DNA of 64,000 bases from a virus. The position numbers and the translations under genes are program-made. How positions within the stretch are numbered: the first letter of the stretch is position 1; each line of letters starts with the position of its first letter. Below the pieces are notes generated by a model. It saw nothing but the letters and a program-made list of their open reading frames with translations. It was not told where the DNA came from and made no database searches. This document shows, piece by piece, positions 28,778 through 38,573 of the stretch. The DNA is taken from IMG/VR virus record IMGVR_UViG_3300020204_000008; one strand, written 5' to 3'.

Positions 28778-29542
28778 ATGGAAAAGGCAAAAATATGCTT
28801 ATCGATAAAGTGGGAGGGTCAAGATCGGGAAAATAACCTGACTCGGGTAAAAAGTGTGATTCGATCCTTTAGTCTTGGAACGATTGATTATCTTGCTCTT
28901 GATCCAGCTAAGAGTAATATCTTGACCTCCAAGGAATACGATGAGATCGATTTAGAGTGTAGGGAAAGAGGAATCTCATGGTTTCCTATCGCCTCCTCCA
29001 TTCAAGATGTTGATCTGACTCGACCTTATTATGCTAAATTACCCAACGGGAAATCGGGTTTTATGCTCGGCATTGCTGAAACCCACATAAACGACTTTAC
29101 TCTTCTTAATTATGCAAAAGACTGTGCCGACTATGTTGTTCTCTATACTGGCGGAAACACTCAACGCGATATCGATCGAGCGATTGAGGCAGTTCAGCCG
29201 GATCTGGTCGTCCATCACTCCTTTGGAGAACCTCGACTCGACTACATCAAGTATCTTCAAGCTATCTCGATCGAATTTGAAAAGAGGTATCTAGTCGGCT
29301 TTAAAAATAACTCTTACATGATATCGGACGTGCTCTTATTGGCCGCATCGATGCTTGGTGCAAGCTTTCTAGAGTCTACTATTAGTATCCATGAGCACAA
29401 TGAAACCGACCTATTAGAAAACACCTGGTGTTTTGCTGACCTTATTGATATTACCAATCACATAAAGACGATAAATACTTCTAGGGGAGGATATGAGGCC
29501 CGCAAGATAACCAAAGTCGAAAAAGAAATGATGAAAAGATGA
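28778..29542 (+). CDS. degenerate NeuB/SpsE (sialic acid synthase)-like TIM barrel; probable start ATG 28778
   Basis: VVLYTGG.T..DI..AI, LDYI..L, VGF, AASMLGASFLE follow the NeuB pattern; promoter motif at 28732..28759. Confidence 0.6.
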   Translation: MEKAKICLSIKWEGQDRENNLTRVKSVIRSFSLGTIDYLALDPAKSNILTSKEYDEIDLECRERGISWFPIASSIQDVDLTRPYYAKLPNGKSGFMLGIAETHINDFTLLNYAKDCADYVVLYTGGNTQRDIDRAIEAVQPDLVVHHSFGEPRLDYIKYLQAISIEFEKRYLVGFKNNSYMISDVLLLAASMLGASFLESTISIHEHNETDLLENTWCFADLIDITNHIKTINTSRGGYEARKITKVEKEMMKR

Positions 29543-29826
29543 GAATCACACTAAAGAATATTAGGCACTATATTGAGGGCAACCTTAAGATGTTTGGAGA
29601 CAAGATTCATCTCCTGTCCGAACACGAAAAGGAACAAGTAGCATACCGAGCCATGATTTGTAAGGACGAGTGCATGAGATTAGAATACTGCGTCTATTGT
29701 GGCTGTGATGTTCCAGGCAAGTTATACGTTAAGGAGTCCTGTAATGGAGGAGAACGCTTTCCTGACCTAATGAAAAAGGAGGAATGGGAAAAGTTTAAGC
29801 TTGATAACGGGATTAACCTGGAATAA
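29539..29826 (+). CDS. small Cys-rich, probably zinc-binding protein
   Basis: C..EC....C.YCGC.........C; ATGA overlap. Confidence 0.7.
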   Translation: MRITLKNIRHYIEGNLKMFGDKIHLLSEHEKEQVAYRAMICKDECMRLEYCVYCGCDVPGKLYVKESCNGGERFPDLMKKEEWEKFKLDNGINLE

Positions 29827-30394
29827 GTGATAGTCCAGTAGTCACTATTGTCAACGTGCTAACCAGTGTCAAAACGACTGGCGGTAACTCAAACTTTAAT
29901 TTATTAGCCAGCATGATCACAGTCGTTAGAGAAGACAGAACGATATTAAGAGTCTTAAGTAGATTCTTTTTTGTCTGTAGGGCTATTCCTAAAGTATATG
30001 CTGGATTCGGTACGGCTGGTGGAAGAGCGGCTGGTAGAGCTGCAGTTGCGACGGTTGCTTGAGTCTCAGTCGGAATAGAATCAAGAGCCTCTTTAGCAGT
30101 TTTATATTCCTGTTTCATTTTAATAATATCTTCTTCCACTGCCGGTTTAAGGCTCCTTTTTAGCTCCTCTAATAGCTTTTTCTTGGCCTCATCCGATTCC
30201 TTATTCGCGTCCTCCTCTGACATTCCACGCTCAATCTTTTGAGCCTTTGAGTCATCAATCATCTTTAAATATTTACCAAGATTCTCGTCTTTTTTGATTA
30301 GGTTTTCAATCACGCTGTCTGCATTTAGTCCAGGAATATCAGTTCCTAAGGATCCCAACTTAGTCACAGCTTTTGCTTGATCTTCTAGTGCCAT
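29813..30394 (-). CDS. hypothetical baseplate-operon protein with hydrophobic C-terminus
   Basis: Follows the spike gene; coiled coil, PPAVPNP, hydrophobic tail. Confidence 0.65.
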   Translation of the reverse strand: MALEDQAKAVTKLGSLGTDIPGLNADSVIENLIKKDENLGKYLKMIDDSKAQKIERGMSEEDANKESDEAKKKLLEELKRSLKPAVEEDIIKMKQEYKTAKEALDSIPTETQATVATAALPAALPPAVPNPAYTLGIALQTKKNLLKTLNIVLSSLTTVIMLANKLKFELPPVVLTLVSTLTIVTTGLSLIPG

Positions 30395-30396
30395 CT

Positions 30397-31086
30397 CTAT
30401 TTAGTTTTTGTTATTTTACTGAGAACTGCATCACCCAGTCCAGGAGTAAGTATCTGAAGAGCCGGTGGTGCCCCTGCTGATGGGTGAATGTGAGTATTAA
30501 ACAAGTCAATGAAAGTATCTCCCTTTATCACCGCTTCAGAAACAGCAGGTGTTGTTTCTGGCCCAAGTTCAATATTTGGGGAATCCACAATCACCTTATT
30601 ATCAGTCTTGATCGTTATCAAGTTGTCTGGTGCCAGGTTAATGCTTGCTCCCTTTACTGAGATCGTCAGACCCTTACCTACAGTAAACCACAGCTTTAAC
30701 TCCTGGTCTCCATCAAATAGAATAATATGGCTTCCATCATACTCAGTGTTCAGCTCATCCTTGATATCTTGTGCCAGTTCATGGATTGCAAAGTATTCAG
30801 GTGAGTAAGGATTACCATTGTCAAATTTGACTGCAACTATACTGCCGACCTTTGGAATGGAAATCGACCCAGCCTTGCCTCCCTGTCCAAAGAAGAGACT
30901 CTTGTTTTTAGGGTAGGCCCATGGGATATCCTCAGCGGGCAAATCATCATGGATGCTATAGACTCTAACCCTAGCTCTTCCCTCTTTTCTGGGATCGTCT
31001 ATTAACTCGACAACGCCTAGGAATTGTTTATCCAATAGGTCATTAATGTCCCTGTTTGATATGTCGTGGTTTCGGTCTAACATCAT
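30397..31086 (-). CDS. gp5: baseplate central spike (gp5/gpV OB-fold)
   Basis: GVV...DDP...GRARVRV...H.....IPWA.P, IPKVG..V.V.F..G.P..P; HxH tip motif (NTHIHP); no lysozyme domain. Confidence 0.85.
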   Translation of the reverse strand: MMLDRNHDISNRDINDLLDKQFLGVVELIDDPRKEGRARVRVYSIHDDLPAEDIPWAYPKNKSLFFGQGGKAGSISIPKVGSIVAVKFDNGNPYSPEYFAIHELAQDIKDELNTEYDGSHIILFDGDQELKLWFTVGKGLTISVKGASINLAPDNLITIKTDNKVIVDSPNIELGPETTPAVSEAVIKGDTFIDLFNTHIHPSAGAPPALQILTPGLGDAVLSKITKTK

Positions 31087-31097
31087 GTAATATTATA

Positions 31098-32360
31098 TTA
31101 GTAGATTCGACCCAGGTTTCGGTCTCCATCATTGTTTGGAAACTTATCTGGGTAAATTGAATTATTTAATACTGCTTGAGCCATACTAGAAATTGAACTG
31201 TCGTTTCTTGGAAAATTGCCGCTGATTGGAGCTCCTTTGCCGTCGGTGAATGGATTATTGCCTTCATACAAGTCTCCGATGCTTCTGATCCCAGAAGAAT
31301 TAAAGGCAGCTTGAAGTGCAGGGTTTATAAGTCCGCCGATCGACTGCAGCCTGTCTTGAGAATACTGTCTTGCGTTATCTACGAATCCTCCGACGAATGG
31401 CAAGTCAGATGCTCCTTCTAATCGAGTCTGAAGGTTGGCCGCAGTGTTTCGAGCGTTCCATGGATTACGTAAAGAGCTAGTGATAGGATCGTCAGTTATT
31501 TTAGTAGCATCATTATACTCGCTCTCTTCTTGAAAATAACCAATATTGATCTTGAAGCTGCTTGCAATAGGTTTAGCAGTAGTTGATTCCATTGCGACAT
31601 CGAGTTTTTGACCTCCTGGAAAGCTACCTGAAAAGTCAAACTCGCACTGTCTACACTTAAATTTTACGAAACCGAATTGTTTTAGCGGACTGCTCTGATC
31701 CAACTCTCGATTGCCTAATAACGAACTGGCAGCAGATCCGGCATTAGTCAAGACCCGATTTATTCCGCTCATGTCTATTCCTAGCGCACTAGTCATGTTA
31801 CTAAACTGTCCTGCTGGATTGTATCTAATGTTCCTGGCCTCGGCCACATATATGTCCATGCAGAACCATCTAAGGTTATCCGGCACCAGTTCTCTCATGT
31901 ATTCAGTGTCGTATACTGAGGATCTATATAGGTTTGCCAATTGAGTTATTCTTAAGTCAATCGCTTCCATCGTATCTATCGTGACTGTCGCTGACTTGCT
32001 CTTGCGCGCTCCCGCGACATCAGTTGCGACCTCCCACATCTTATCTAGTCCTGAGATCGACTGAAAATACCATGGCGCGTTAAAGGTCAAGTACTCAAGT
32101 ATAGACTTGAATTTTGCAATTCGTTCCTCTCGATCCTTATAACCGATCGACCCTAAATATGTCTGTGCGCTATTATAATTTTCTTCTGATCCCTTTTCAA
32201 AGAGTGGGCTTTTCCATAATACGTCTCCAGATTTTTCGGGTTGGCTTTCAAATCTAAAATCTATTGCGAAGGTCAGATAAGTCGGCTGATCATATGGATC
32301 GATAAACAGACCTTTTCTAAAGTTATCGACCTTGTTTCGTACTCCATAAAAGTTATGCAT
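31098..32360 (-). CDS. baseplate/tail-tube initiator-like structural protein
   Basis: Position in the baseplate operon; tube-fold-like WYFQSISGL..T.E..D pattern. Confidence 0.55.
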   Translation of the reverse strand: MHNFYGVRNKVDNFRKGLFIDPYDQPTYLTFAIDFRFESQPEKSGDVLWKSPLFEKGSEENYNSAQTYLGSIGYKDREERIAKFKSILEYLTFNAPWYFQSISGLDKMWEVATDVAGARKSKSATVTIDTMEAIDLRITQLANLYRSSVYDTEYMRELVPDNLRWFCMDIYVAEARNIRYNPAGQFSNMTSALGIDMSGINRVLTNAGSAASSLLGNRELDQSSPLKQFGFVKFKCRQCEFDFSGSFPGGQKLDVAMESTTAKPIASSFKINIGYFQEESEYNDATKITDDPITSSLRNPWNARNTAANLQTRLEGASDLPFVGGFVDNARQYSQDRLQSIGGLINPALQAAFNSSGIRSIGDLYEGNNPFTDGKGAPISGNFPRNDSSISSMAQAVLNNSIYPDKFPNNDGDRNLGRIY

Positions 32361-33867
32361 TTGCAGTAAAGATTATTTTATTAGGCACCCATTCTCTTCT
32401 AGCTAGAATGAGTTCAGTATAGAATATGTGAGGATCGGTCGGGTCAAATGTGTATCGTGCCTCCTTTACATAGTACCACCCAGTAAGTTCAGAATCGAGT
32501 GTCTCTCCCTCAAACGTATTACCTGATAGGTCGATAGGCGTATCTCCATTTGGATCAGTTTCTTTACGAATCTTCTCTCCAAGCGAAAGAGTCATTAAGA
32601 CAGGTATAACCATTCCCCGGATTACCTGAAAGTTTACGCCCTTAAGCAAAACTCTAAGTTTTATCTTTTCTAGTTCCTTTAAGTTATGTGAGTTAAACAC
32701 TCTAGCTGCATTCCAGTGTTCGTGAGTGTTGCCATAATTAATGTTCATCCATTTCTTATTACCAATCTCATCCATTCCTTCATCGTCTGGAATCAACATT
32801 GAAGCTTCCGGTAAGTCTGGCGCATTATTCGGTGCAACAAAGAACTGTTTAAACTTATTTGGCTTACCAGTATCATCTGTTTCAACTGGTTCAAAGTGAT
32901 CGTAATAATAGATCTTTTTCTTATATCCGTCCTGCTTAAGAACCATTCCCTGATCAGATATTAAGTTAGCCTCATATATGTAGTTTGGCTTATTGATGTT
33001 TTTCCTTAAATTAGTCAAAAAATTGACAACTACTTCTTCTGCAAATGCAGCATTCGCCGGATCATTTTTTTGAGTTTGAGTCACGCCTAACGAAAGCGGA
33101 TTAGCGTTACTTGAAAAAGTGTCATCTACATCGTTCTTTATCAATTGTTCATTTACGTTAATTAAGTTAAAGATCAGTTCTTTACTAATAAACCCTGTAA
33201 AAAATGACTCATCGTCTTGATACACATAATTAGTTATTTCTCTTAGGAAGTTTAGTGGACTCGTATTATAATTTATCCAAGTCATGACATCCGCTGGTGT
33301 GAATTCATTTTGAGCATAACCCAATCCTAATTCAGAACATATCGCTTTTATTGCATCTACTGATGTCAAGTTAGGATAGCTTTTAGACACGTTATTGTAG
33401 AGTCGAGGCACAAATAACTCAGCCTTGATCATGTAAGTTGTGCCTTGACTAAGATTTATTCCAGATCCTCTATTTTGAGTGGGAATAGATTTTACCTTAG
33501 TAATTAAGTAGTCAGACCGTACTGGTTTAAGCTTATCGTTTCCGCTGTTTATAAAGACACTCACCATCAAATTCCTTTTTGGAAAATAATTACCTGAGAA
33601 TTCTCCAGAAGGGTCAGTAAATGTTAGATCAAGCTTTGGAATAAAGCTAGACTCGTCTATCATTAAATACTCAATATCAGTGATTACCTGCCCAGCCAAC
33701 TTAACAAAGGGTTTAATCGAACCTGCAAGCTGACTAAAGTCTGACCTGCCCTTGTTCTTTCTAGTGATCGACCCAGTTGTACTCTCAGCAGAGTTATCAA
33801 AATCGTCAAGCGTTATTAGTTTAATTGACGGTTGAATATGAGTCTTTATGACTTGATTAAATCCCAT
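32353..33867 (-). CDS. baseplate hub protein (gp27-like)
   Basis: F.P.L.L.F.D N-terminus; C-terminal LTGWYYV.....Y.F....YTELIL.RREW; lies between gp53-like and spike genes. Confidence 0.65.
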   Translation of the reverse strand: MGFNQVIKTHIQPSIKLITLDDFDNSAESTTGSITRKNKGRSDFSQLAGSIKPFVKLAGQVITDIEYLMIDESSFIPKLDLTFTDPSGEFSGNYFPKRNLMVSVFINSGNDKLKPVRSDYLITKVKSIPTQNRGSGINLSQGTTYMIKAELFVPRLYNNVSKSYPNLTSVDAIKAICSELGLGYAQNEFTPADVMTWINYNTSPLNFLREITNYVYQDDESFFTGFISKELIFNLINVNEQLIKNDVDDTFSSNANPLSLGVTQTQKNDPANAAFAEEVVVNFLTNLRKNINKPNYIYEANLISDQGMVLKQDGYKKKIYYYDHFEPVETDDTGKPNKFKQFFVAPNNAPDLPEASMLIPDDEGMDEIGNKKWMNINYGNTHEHWNAARVFNSHNLKELEKIKLRVLLKGVNFQVIRGMVIPVLMTLSLGEKIRKETDPNGDTPIDLSGNTFEGETLDSELTGWYYVKEARYTFDPTDPHIFYTELILARREWVPNKIIFTANA

Positions 33868-33869
33868 TT

Positions 33870-34454
33870 TTAAAAGTTATTCCCGTTTTTTAACTGATCC
33901 TGTACTCTACTTCTAGCCGACGACTGATTAGTATTTGTTGTACTAGTCTGTGTCATGTCTCCTCCCAAGATCACTCTTCCTTCGACCACCTTAACGTTTT
34001 TGGCACCGCTTAAGTTAACATTAGGCGGCACTACTTCTGGTACTTTGCTCCTAATCGATTGTAATCTTTGCTGATCTTTTGTAGTCTTTGGTTTGATCAC
34101 AGCCTCCTCATTCTTTTTAGCGGGTTCAGTTCCTTTCTCTAGGACACTCTTTGGAGGAACGATTAGTTTTGAGATCTCGCTTATTGCTGGAACTAGCATG
34201 ATTTCTCCCTGCTCTACTGAAAACGGATTAGATATTCCATTAAATTTAAGTAGCGCCTCCCAGTATTCCTGTGACCCAAGAACACGGTCAGAAACCAGGT
34301 CAGGCCGCATGTTTTCAAATTCTGAAACGACAGTCGGTCCTGCTGGACCAGCTGCCTCTCCAAAATTAAACGTAGAGCTGACTAGGTCTACCACTGATTC
34401 TCCAAATGCATTCGTAAAAAACTTTTTTACTCTTAATAATTTAGTAGTTAACAT
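33870..34454 (-). CDS. gp53: baseplate wedge LysM-like protein (gp53-like)
   Basis: RPDLVS...LG....W..LLKFNGISNPF....G....VP. Confidence 0.85.
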   Translation of the reverse strand: MLTTKLLRVKKFFTNAFGESVVDLVSSTFNFGEAAGPAGPTVVSEFENMRPDLVSDRVLGSQEYWEALLKFNGISNPFSVEQGEIMLVPAISEISKLIVPPKSVLEKGTEPAKKNEEAVIKPKTTKDQQRLQSIRSKVPEVVPPNVNLSGAKNVKVVEGRVILGGDMTQTSTTNTNQSSARSRVQDQLKNGNNF

Positions 34455-34456
34455 GA

Positions 34457-36349
34457 TTAATCGTTTGTATATAGTTTTAAGAAATAGTCTTTAAGTATAG
34501 GTGACTTGGCAAATCCTTCTCCGTATCTTCTTTTAACATCTACTGCAAAATACTCTGCTAAGTTTTGCGCTCTATCAGTAGCCCCATTATCTGATATGGT
34601 AGCAGTTGATTGTGGTCGCTGAGCAGCGGCTGCTCCATTTGTTGCAGTAGGCAATGTTCCATTAGCATCCAGTGCTCGCTGACTATTATATTCTCCGAAT
34701 GAATTTCTAGTACTTGCTGGAGGCTCCAACGCAGTAAAGAACATGTCTCCTCCTCCATGATTAAAAATTGATTCGATATCTTGTTTTGCTCTAGGTCTGC
34801 CGTGATCCAGCGTTACTTTAAATTTTACCTCAGTTGGGAAATCATCCGCTCCTAGTTCTTCTCCAAATTCAATGCTTGTGCTCTTTAGTATTAAGTTACC
34901 GATCACGGCAACTGGATCCATTGGATTTCCTACCATTAAGTGCCACTCTCCTACTGCTCGACCGTCGGCTAATGCTCTCATCACTAGTGGGGTCTGGTGA
35001 AGTGCGCCCAGTCTAGACGCAAGTAAATTTTGTCCGACTCGACTCGTAACAGCCTCCTTAAATATTGTTTCTATGCCTTCAGTATTAGTGACACTGTTTC
35101 CTGCAGCCGAGATCGCTTTATTTATAAAATCTTTAAGATCTGCTCCACCGCCAGCTACCATTTGAGTCAACATTGAAAGTAGATCCTTAGATGCATTAGC
35201 ATAATCACCTTGCTCCATACTGTCTGTATTAAACCCAGGCAATAATGGACCAGTCTGTTGAAAATATCGATATCCTCCTCCCCAAAAGCTAGCTCTATTA
35301 TACGTTAAACTTAAAAAATTACTTATCAGGTCTAACATCACAATCTTTGGATTGAGCCTAGGTGTTCCAAGAGTCCTTAATTTATATTCAAAGGTTAGGT
35401 CTATTGCGTTTGTAAAAGTATATCCTCTTTCTCTCTTTTGTGTCTCAGTTATCACATTAATCGGCCCTCTCACGCGATTAGCATATGCACCACTCTCGTA
35501 TTGTTGTTTTAAGTTTTCCTGTAGAGTTTTATCAAATCCAGATAAAGCGTATGGATTTGTTCCTGACTGATTAGCAAACGCAGTAATTAGTAAATTTCTA
35601 GCGGTCTCATTTTCTTTTTTTATACCAAGCGCATCGAATATTTGTTCAAGCTGTATTTCGTTTCCCTGTACATCTTGAATCTCTTCTCCCTCTTTTGGAT
35701 ATGTTTCCCAGTTAAATCCCCAAGTCATTGCCAAGATCTTACCAAGCGTGTTGCTGGTCCCTTCTCCCCACCAAGTAACGGCTTGTGCAATTGGTACAAG
35801 CGGAAGTTTCTCTGCAGCCACTGCCAAGTTATCCTCAACCGGTATTGGATATCGTCTAAGCGTTAACATTCGATTATTGGGTATCTGCCCGTACCATTTA
35901 CAGTGATAGAAATCCTGAAGAGAGTATGGGTATGGATACAGTGGCCCCTTATGATTAGCGGCTTGTGCGGCTTCCTTGTTTGTCCACGTAATTATTTTTT
36001 CTGCAGTTGGGTTCTGGATCTCTGCTCTTGCAGCGTTTCTTGATTGGGCTGCCGAGTTACCAAGATACCTTGCAGTATCATAGAGCAATCTATGCCCAGC
36101 TAAATCATAGTTACCAGTAGTATTTGCGCTAGTTCCTGCTGCAAAATTTGAATACCTAAAGATATAGAACGGGTTGAATGATGAACTGGTACCGATCAGA
36201 GGTATCTGATTTCCAGATTCCCCATCGACCTTTGCAGTCTTTTCAGTATTTCCGCTATCTGTCGTGTTTTGATCAATGCCAGTAGGTCTTGAAAGGTTTA
36301 TAAGACCGTCGCCAGCAACGCCGTCTAAGCCCAAATCAATGAATCCCAT
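34457..36349 (-). CDS. baseplate tail-tube cap-like protein (gp48/gp54-like)
   Basis: First gene of the baseplate operon; L.FEY.L, GNL......F...G..DFP...K..V.L; late motif at 36366..36374. Confidence 0.55.
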   Translation of the reverse strand: MGFIDLGLDGVAGDGLINLSRPTGIDQNTTDSGNTEKTAKVDGESGNQIPLIGTSSSFNPFYIFRYSNFAAGTSANTTGNYDLAGHRLLYDTARYLGNSAAQSRNAARAEIQNPTAEKIITWTNKEAAQAANHKGPLYPYPYSLQDFYHCKWYGQIPNNRMLTLRRYPIPVEDNLAVAAEKLPLVPIAQAVTWWGEGTSNTLGKILAMTWGFNWETYPKEGEEIQDVQGNEIQLEQIFDALGIKKENETARNLLITAFANQSGTNPYALSGFDKTLQENLKQQYESGAYANRVRGPINVITETQKRERGYTFTNAIDLTFEYKLRTLGTPRLNPKIVMLDLISNFLSLTYNRASFWGGGYRYFQQTGPLLPGFNTDSMEQGDYANASKDLLSMLTQMVAGGGADLKDFINKAISAAGNSVTNTEGIETIFKEAVTSRVGQNLLASRLGALHQTPLVMRALADGRAVGEWHLMVGNPMDPVAVIGNLILKSTSIEFGEELGADDFPTEVKFKVTLDHGRPRAKQDIESIFNHGGGDMFFTALEPPASTRNSFGEYNSQRALDANGTLPTATNGAAAAQRPQSTATISDNGATDRAQNLAEYFAVDVKRRYGEGFAKSPILKDYFLKLYTND

Positions 36350-36394
36350 ATCAGGTTTGTTTTTATTATTTATTATGTTTAGTTAAGATCCTCT

Positions 36395-38353
36395 CTAATC
36401 CACTCCTTTCAAGAAATCCTTAAAGCTCGATACCTTTTTTACCATTTGAGAGCCTGATTTCTTTTTCTTCTTTCTTCCTGGACCAGCTAGGGATAGCGTA
36501 TCCATTGTGTTGTCTGGTAGGCTTCCTGAAGTCTGCATTGCCGTTCCTGGAGAGGTTCCCATTCCAGCATCTTCATTAGTCTTCTTTTCAGCTGACTTAT
36601 AAAATTTAGGACCTTCTCCTTTTTCGTATGGAGTAAGGCCTATTGCGTCTAATCGTAGCTTATTTGTGACTTTACTTACTCCCTTTTCAAGGTCTCGACC
36701 TGCCTGTTTGCTTACTGCAAACACTCCGCCCTTAATTATGCTAAATATCCCATTAAATATTGCCTGATTTTGAGCAGCATTCTTTCTAGCTAATTCAGCA
36801 TTTCCTCTGTCTGGCACAGTTGAAAAGAGTCCGACGATGATCTGACCTAGGCCCTTAAGCAGATTCTTTAATGGACTCTCAGCGATCCTGTCTGCTTCAC
36901 TGACTGCAAGCCTAACCTTTTGATAAAGAGGCAGCCTAAGATCGGGCTTTAACTGTATTCCCTTAAAGTTCTTCATGTTAAAGTCCTTAGAGAGATAATA
37001 GTTCTTGATCTCCCTCTCTTTAGCTTGTGTGATTGCCTTGATCTTTGAGACAGCATTGTCCATGTCCCTCTTTGAGAGCTCGCCGTCAACCTCGCTCTCA
37101 ACGTATTTAGTTATCCAGGCACTGGTCGCATAGAGATAAGCCAATTGGTTTTCTTCTAGCGAGCTTTCCTCGTTTCTGGCCACTGCGTTAAACTGTGCGA
37201 TTCGACCTACATCCGTTAGTGACTCCTTAATCGATGCCTCAAGCCAAGCCGCGTTTTGCTCCTCAAGCTTTTTAAATAGCTTATAATAGTCTCCGCCAGG
37301 TTCAGAGATCTCACCGTTTGTCATTGGAGGAAGCAGAGATGAGCTTAGGGCAGTCATCAGCTTTTCCTTGATCCTATTCTTTTTTCTTAGGCTCGGTCGC
37401 TCAGTCTTGGTGATCTCCTTCTCCTTCTCCTTGATCGGCGCAGCAAAGAACTTTGAATAGCCTAGGGCGTCGATTAGAGGCTTCCAATCCACCTCTAACT
37501 TTTCTCTACCGGTCTCGTCATTCGGTAGCCCTGAGATGATGTTTTTAGTATCGTTTAGGGAGTTTAAGATCTCCTTTTTAATGGTCTCTTCGGTTCTTTG
37601 TAAGAGCTTAGTCAGTTTTTTCTTATGCGATTCCGCAGCAAAAGCCTTGGCCTTTTCTGCAAGCTCAGGGTTTTTCTCAAGGATCGAATTAAGTTCCTCC
37701 TTTTTAACCACCTTGCTCTCTCCGTTGGAATCAATCATCTCAAACTCATTGGATTCAATCTTGTTGTCGATTCGCCCAATCCTACCGATCTTTACTGTAG
37801 GTGCTCCCTCTTCGGTGGATACTGTAATCGGTGCTCCGATCTGCTTTAGAGCAAGCAACAGATTAGTGTCTTTGTCCAGGTCTGGAGCCTCGTTTGCATA
37901 CTTAAAAATAAGGTGCATCTTATAGATTCGACTCTTTATGTCAGCCTCTCTAATCAGGAATCTTTTATAACCCTCAAAGTTTTGGTTTGGATCCAACTTC
38001 TTTTTATCTGATGATATCGCGCTCAAGCTCTTTTTTGATCGAGTCAAGTATTCACCTAACCACTCGACCTTACCCGGAACCACCATTGCCATTAGGATCT
38101 TCTGCAATTCTGGGTTTGCCTGTACCTTTTCTAATAGAAGAATATCTAATTTTTGTAGCACCTGTTCGATGGATTCAAATGAAGTAGTCCTAGCGATCTT
38201 ATCGCTGGTCTCTCCACCTATTCCTGATTCAATGATATTGGTGATTTGATCCATTTCAGAAGGGGTGCCTCCTTCCTCTTTCTTGGACTCAGCGTCCCCT
38301 TCCTTGGCCTCGTTAAGTCGTAACCAATTTCTTAAGTATGCTTCAAAACTCAT
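36395..38353 (-). CDS. large helical CTS-motif protein (putative internal/ejected protein)
   Basis: N-terminal YLRNWLRLNEA, C-terminal VSSFKDFL; late motif at 38373..38381. Confidence 0.65.
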   Translation of the reverse strand: MSFEAYLRNWLRLNEAKEGDAESKKEEGGTPSEMDQITNIIESGIGGETSDKIARTTSFESIEQVLQKLDILLLEKVQANPELQKILMAMVVPGKVEWLGEYLTRSKKSLSAISSDKKKLDPNQNFEGYKRFLIREADIKSRIYKMHLIFKYANEAPDLDKDTNLLLALKQIGAPITVSTEEGAPTVKIGRIGRIDNKIESNEFEMIDSNGESKVVKKEELNSILEKNPELAEKAKAFAAESHKKKLTKLLQRTEETIKKEILNSLNDTKNIISGLPNDETGREKLEVDWKPLIDALGYSKFFAAPIKEKEKEITKTERPSLRKKNRIKEKLMTALSSSLLPPMTNGEISEPGGDYYKLFKKLEEQNAAWLEASIKESLTDVGRIAQFNAVARNEESSLEENQLAYLYATSAWITKYVESEVDGELSKRDMDNAVSKIKAITQAKEREIKNYYLSKDFNMKNFKGIQLKPDLRLPLYQKVRLAVSEADRIAESPLKNLLKGLGQIIVGLFSTVPDRGNAELARKNAAQNQAIFNGIFSIIKGGVFAVSKQAGRDLEKGVSKVTNKLRLDAIGLTPYEKGEGPKFYKSAEKKTNEDAGMGTSPGTAMQTSGSLPDNTMDTLSLAGPGRKKKKKSGSQMVKKVSSFKDFLKGVD

Positions 38354-38372
38354 ATGGCCGGTAAGATTTTAG

Positions 38373-38564
38373 TTATTTATCTCGCTTTTTAAGCTGCTCA
38401 TAGGGAATCGTCCACATGTTTCTACGAACTTCTCCCTTCATAAAATCATACACTGAGTTTCCGTTCTTGCTCTCCTCTGGGTGCTGTAATACAGCGTTTT
38501 TCAGCTTTGATTTGCCCTTGCGATAGTCGTCAAGGTTTTTCCAGTCTTGGTGTTTGTTAGCCAC
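38373..38564 (-). CDS. small basic hypothetical protein
   Basis: 63-aa ORF, GTG start. Confidence 0.6.
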   Translation of the reverse strand: MANKHQDWKNLDDYRKGKSKLKNAVLQHPEESKNGNSVYDFMKGEVRRNMWTIPYEQLKKRDK

Positions 38565-38573
38565 ATCCTTTGA

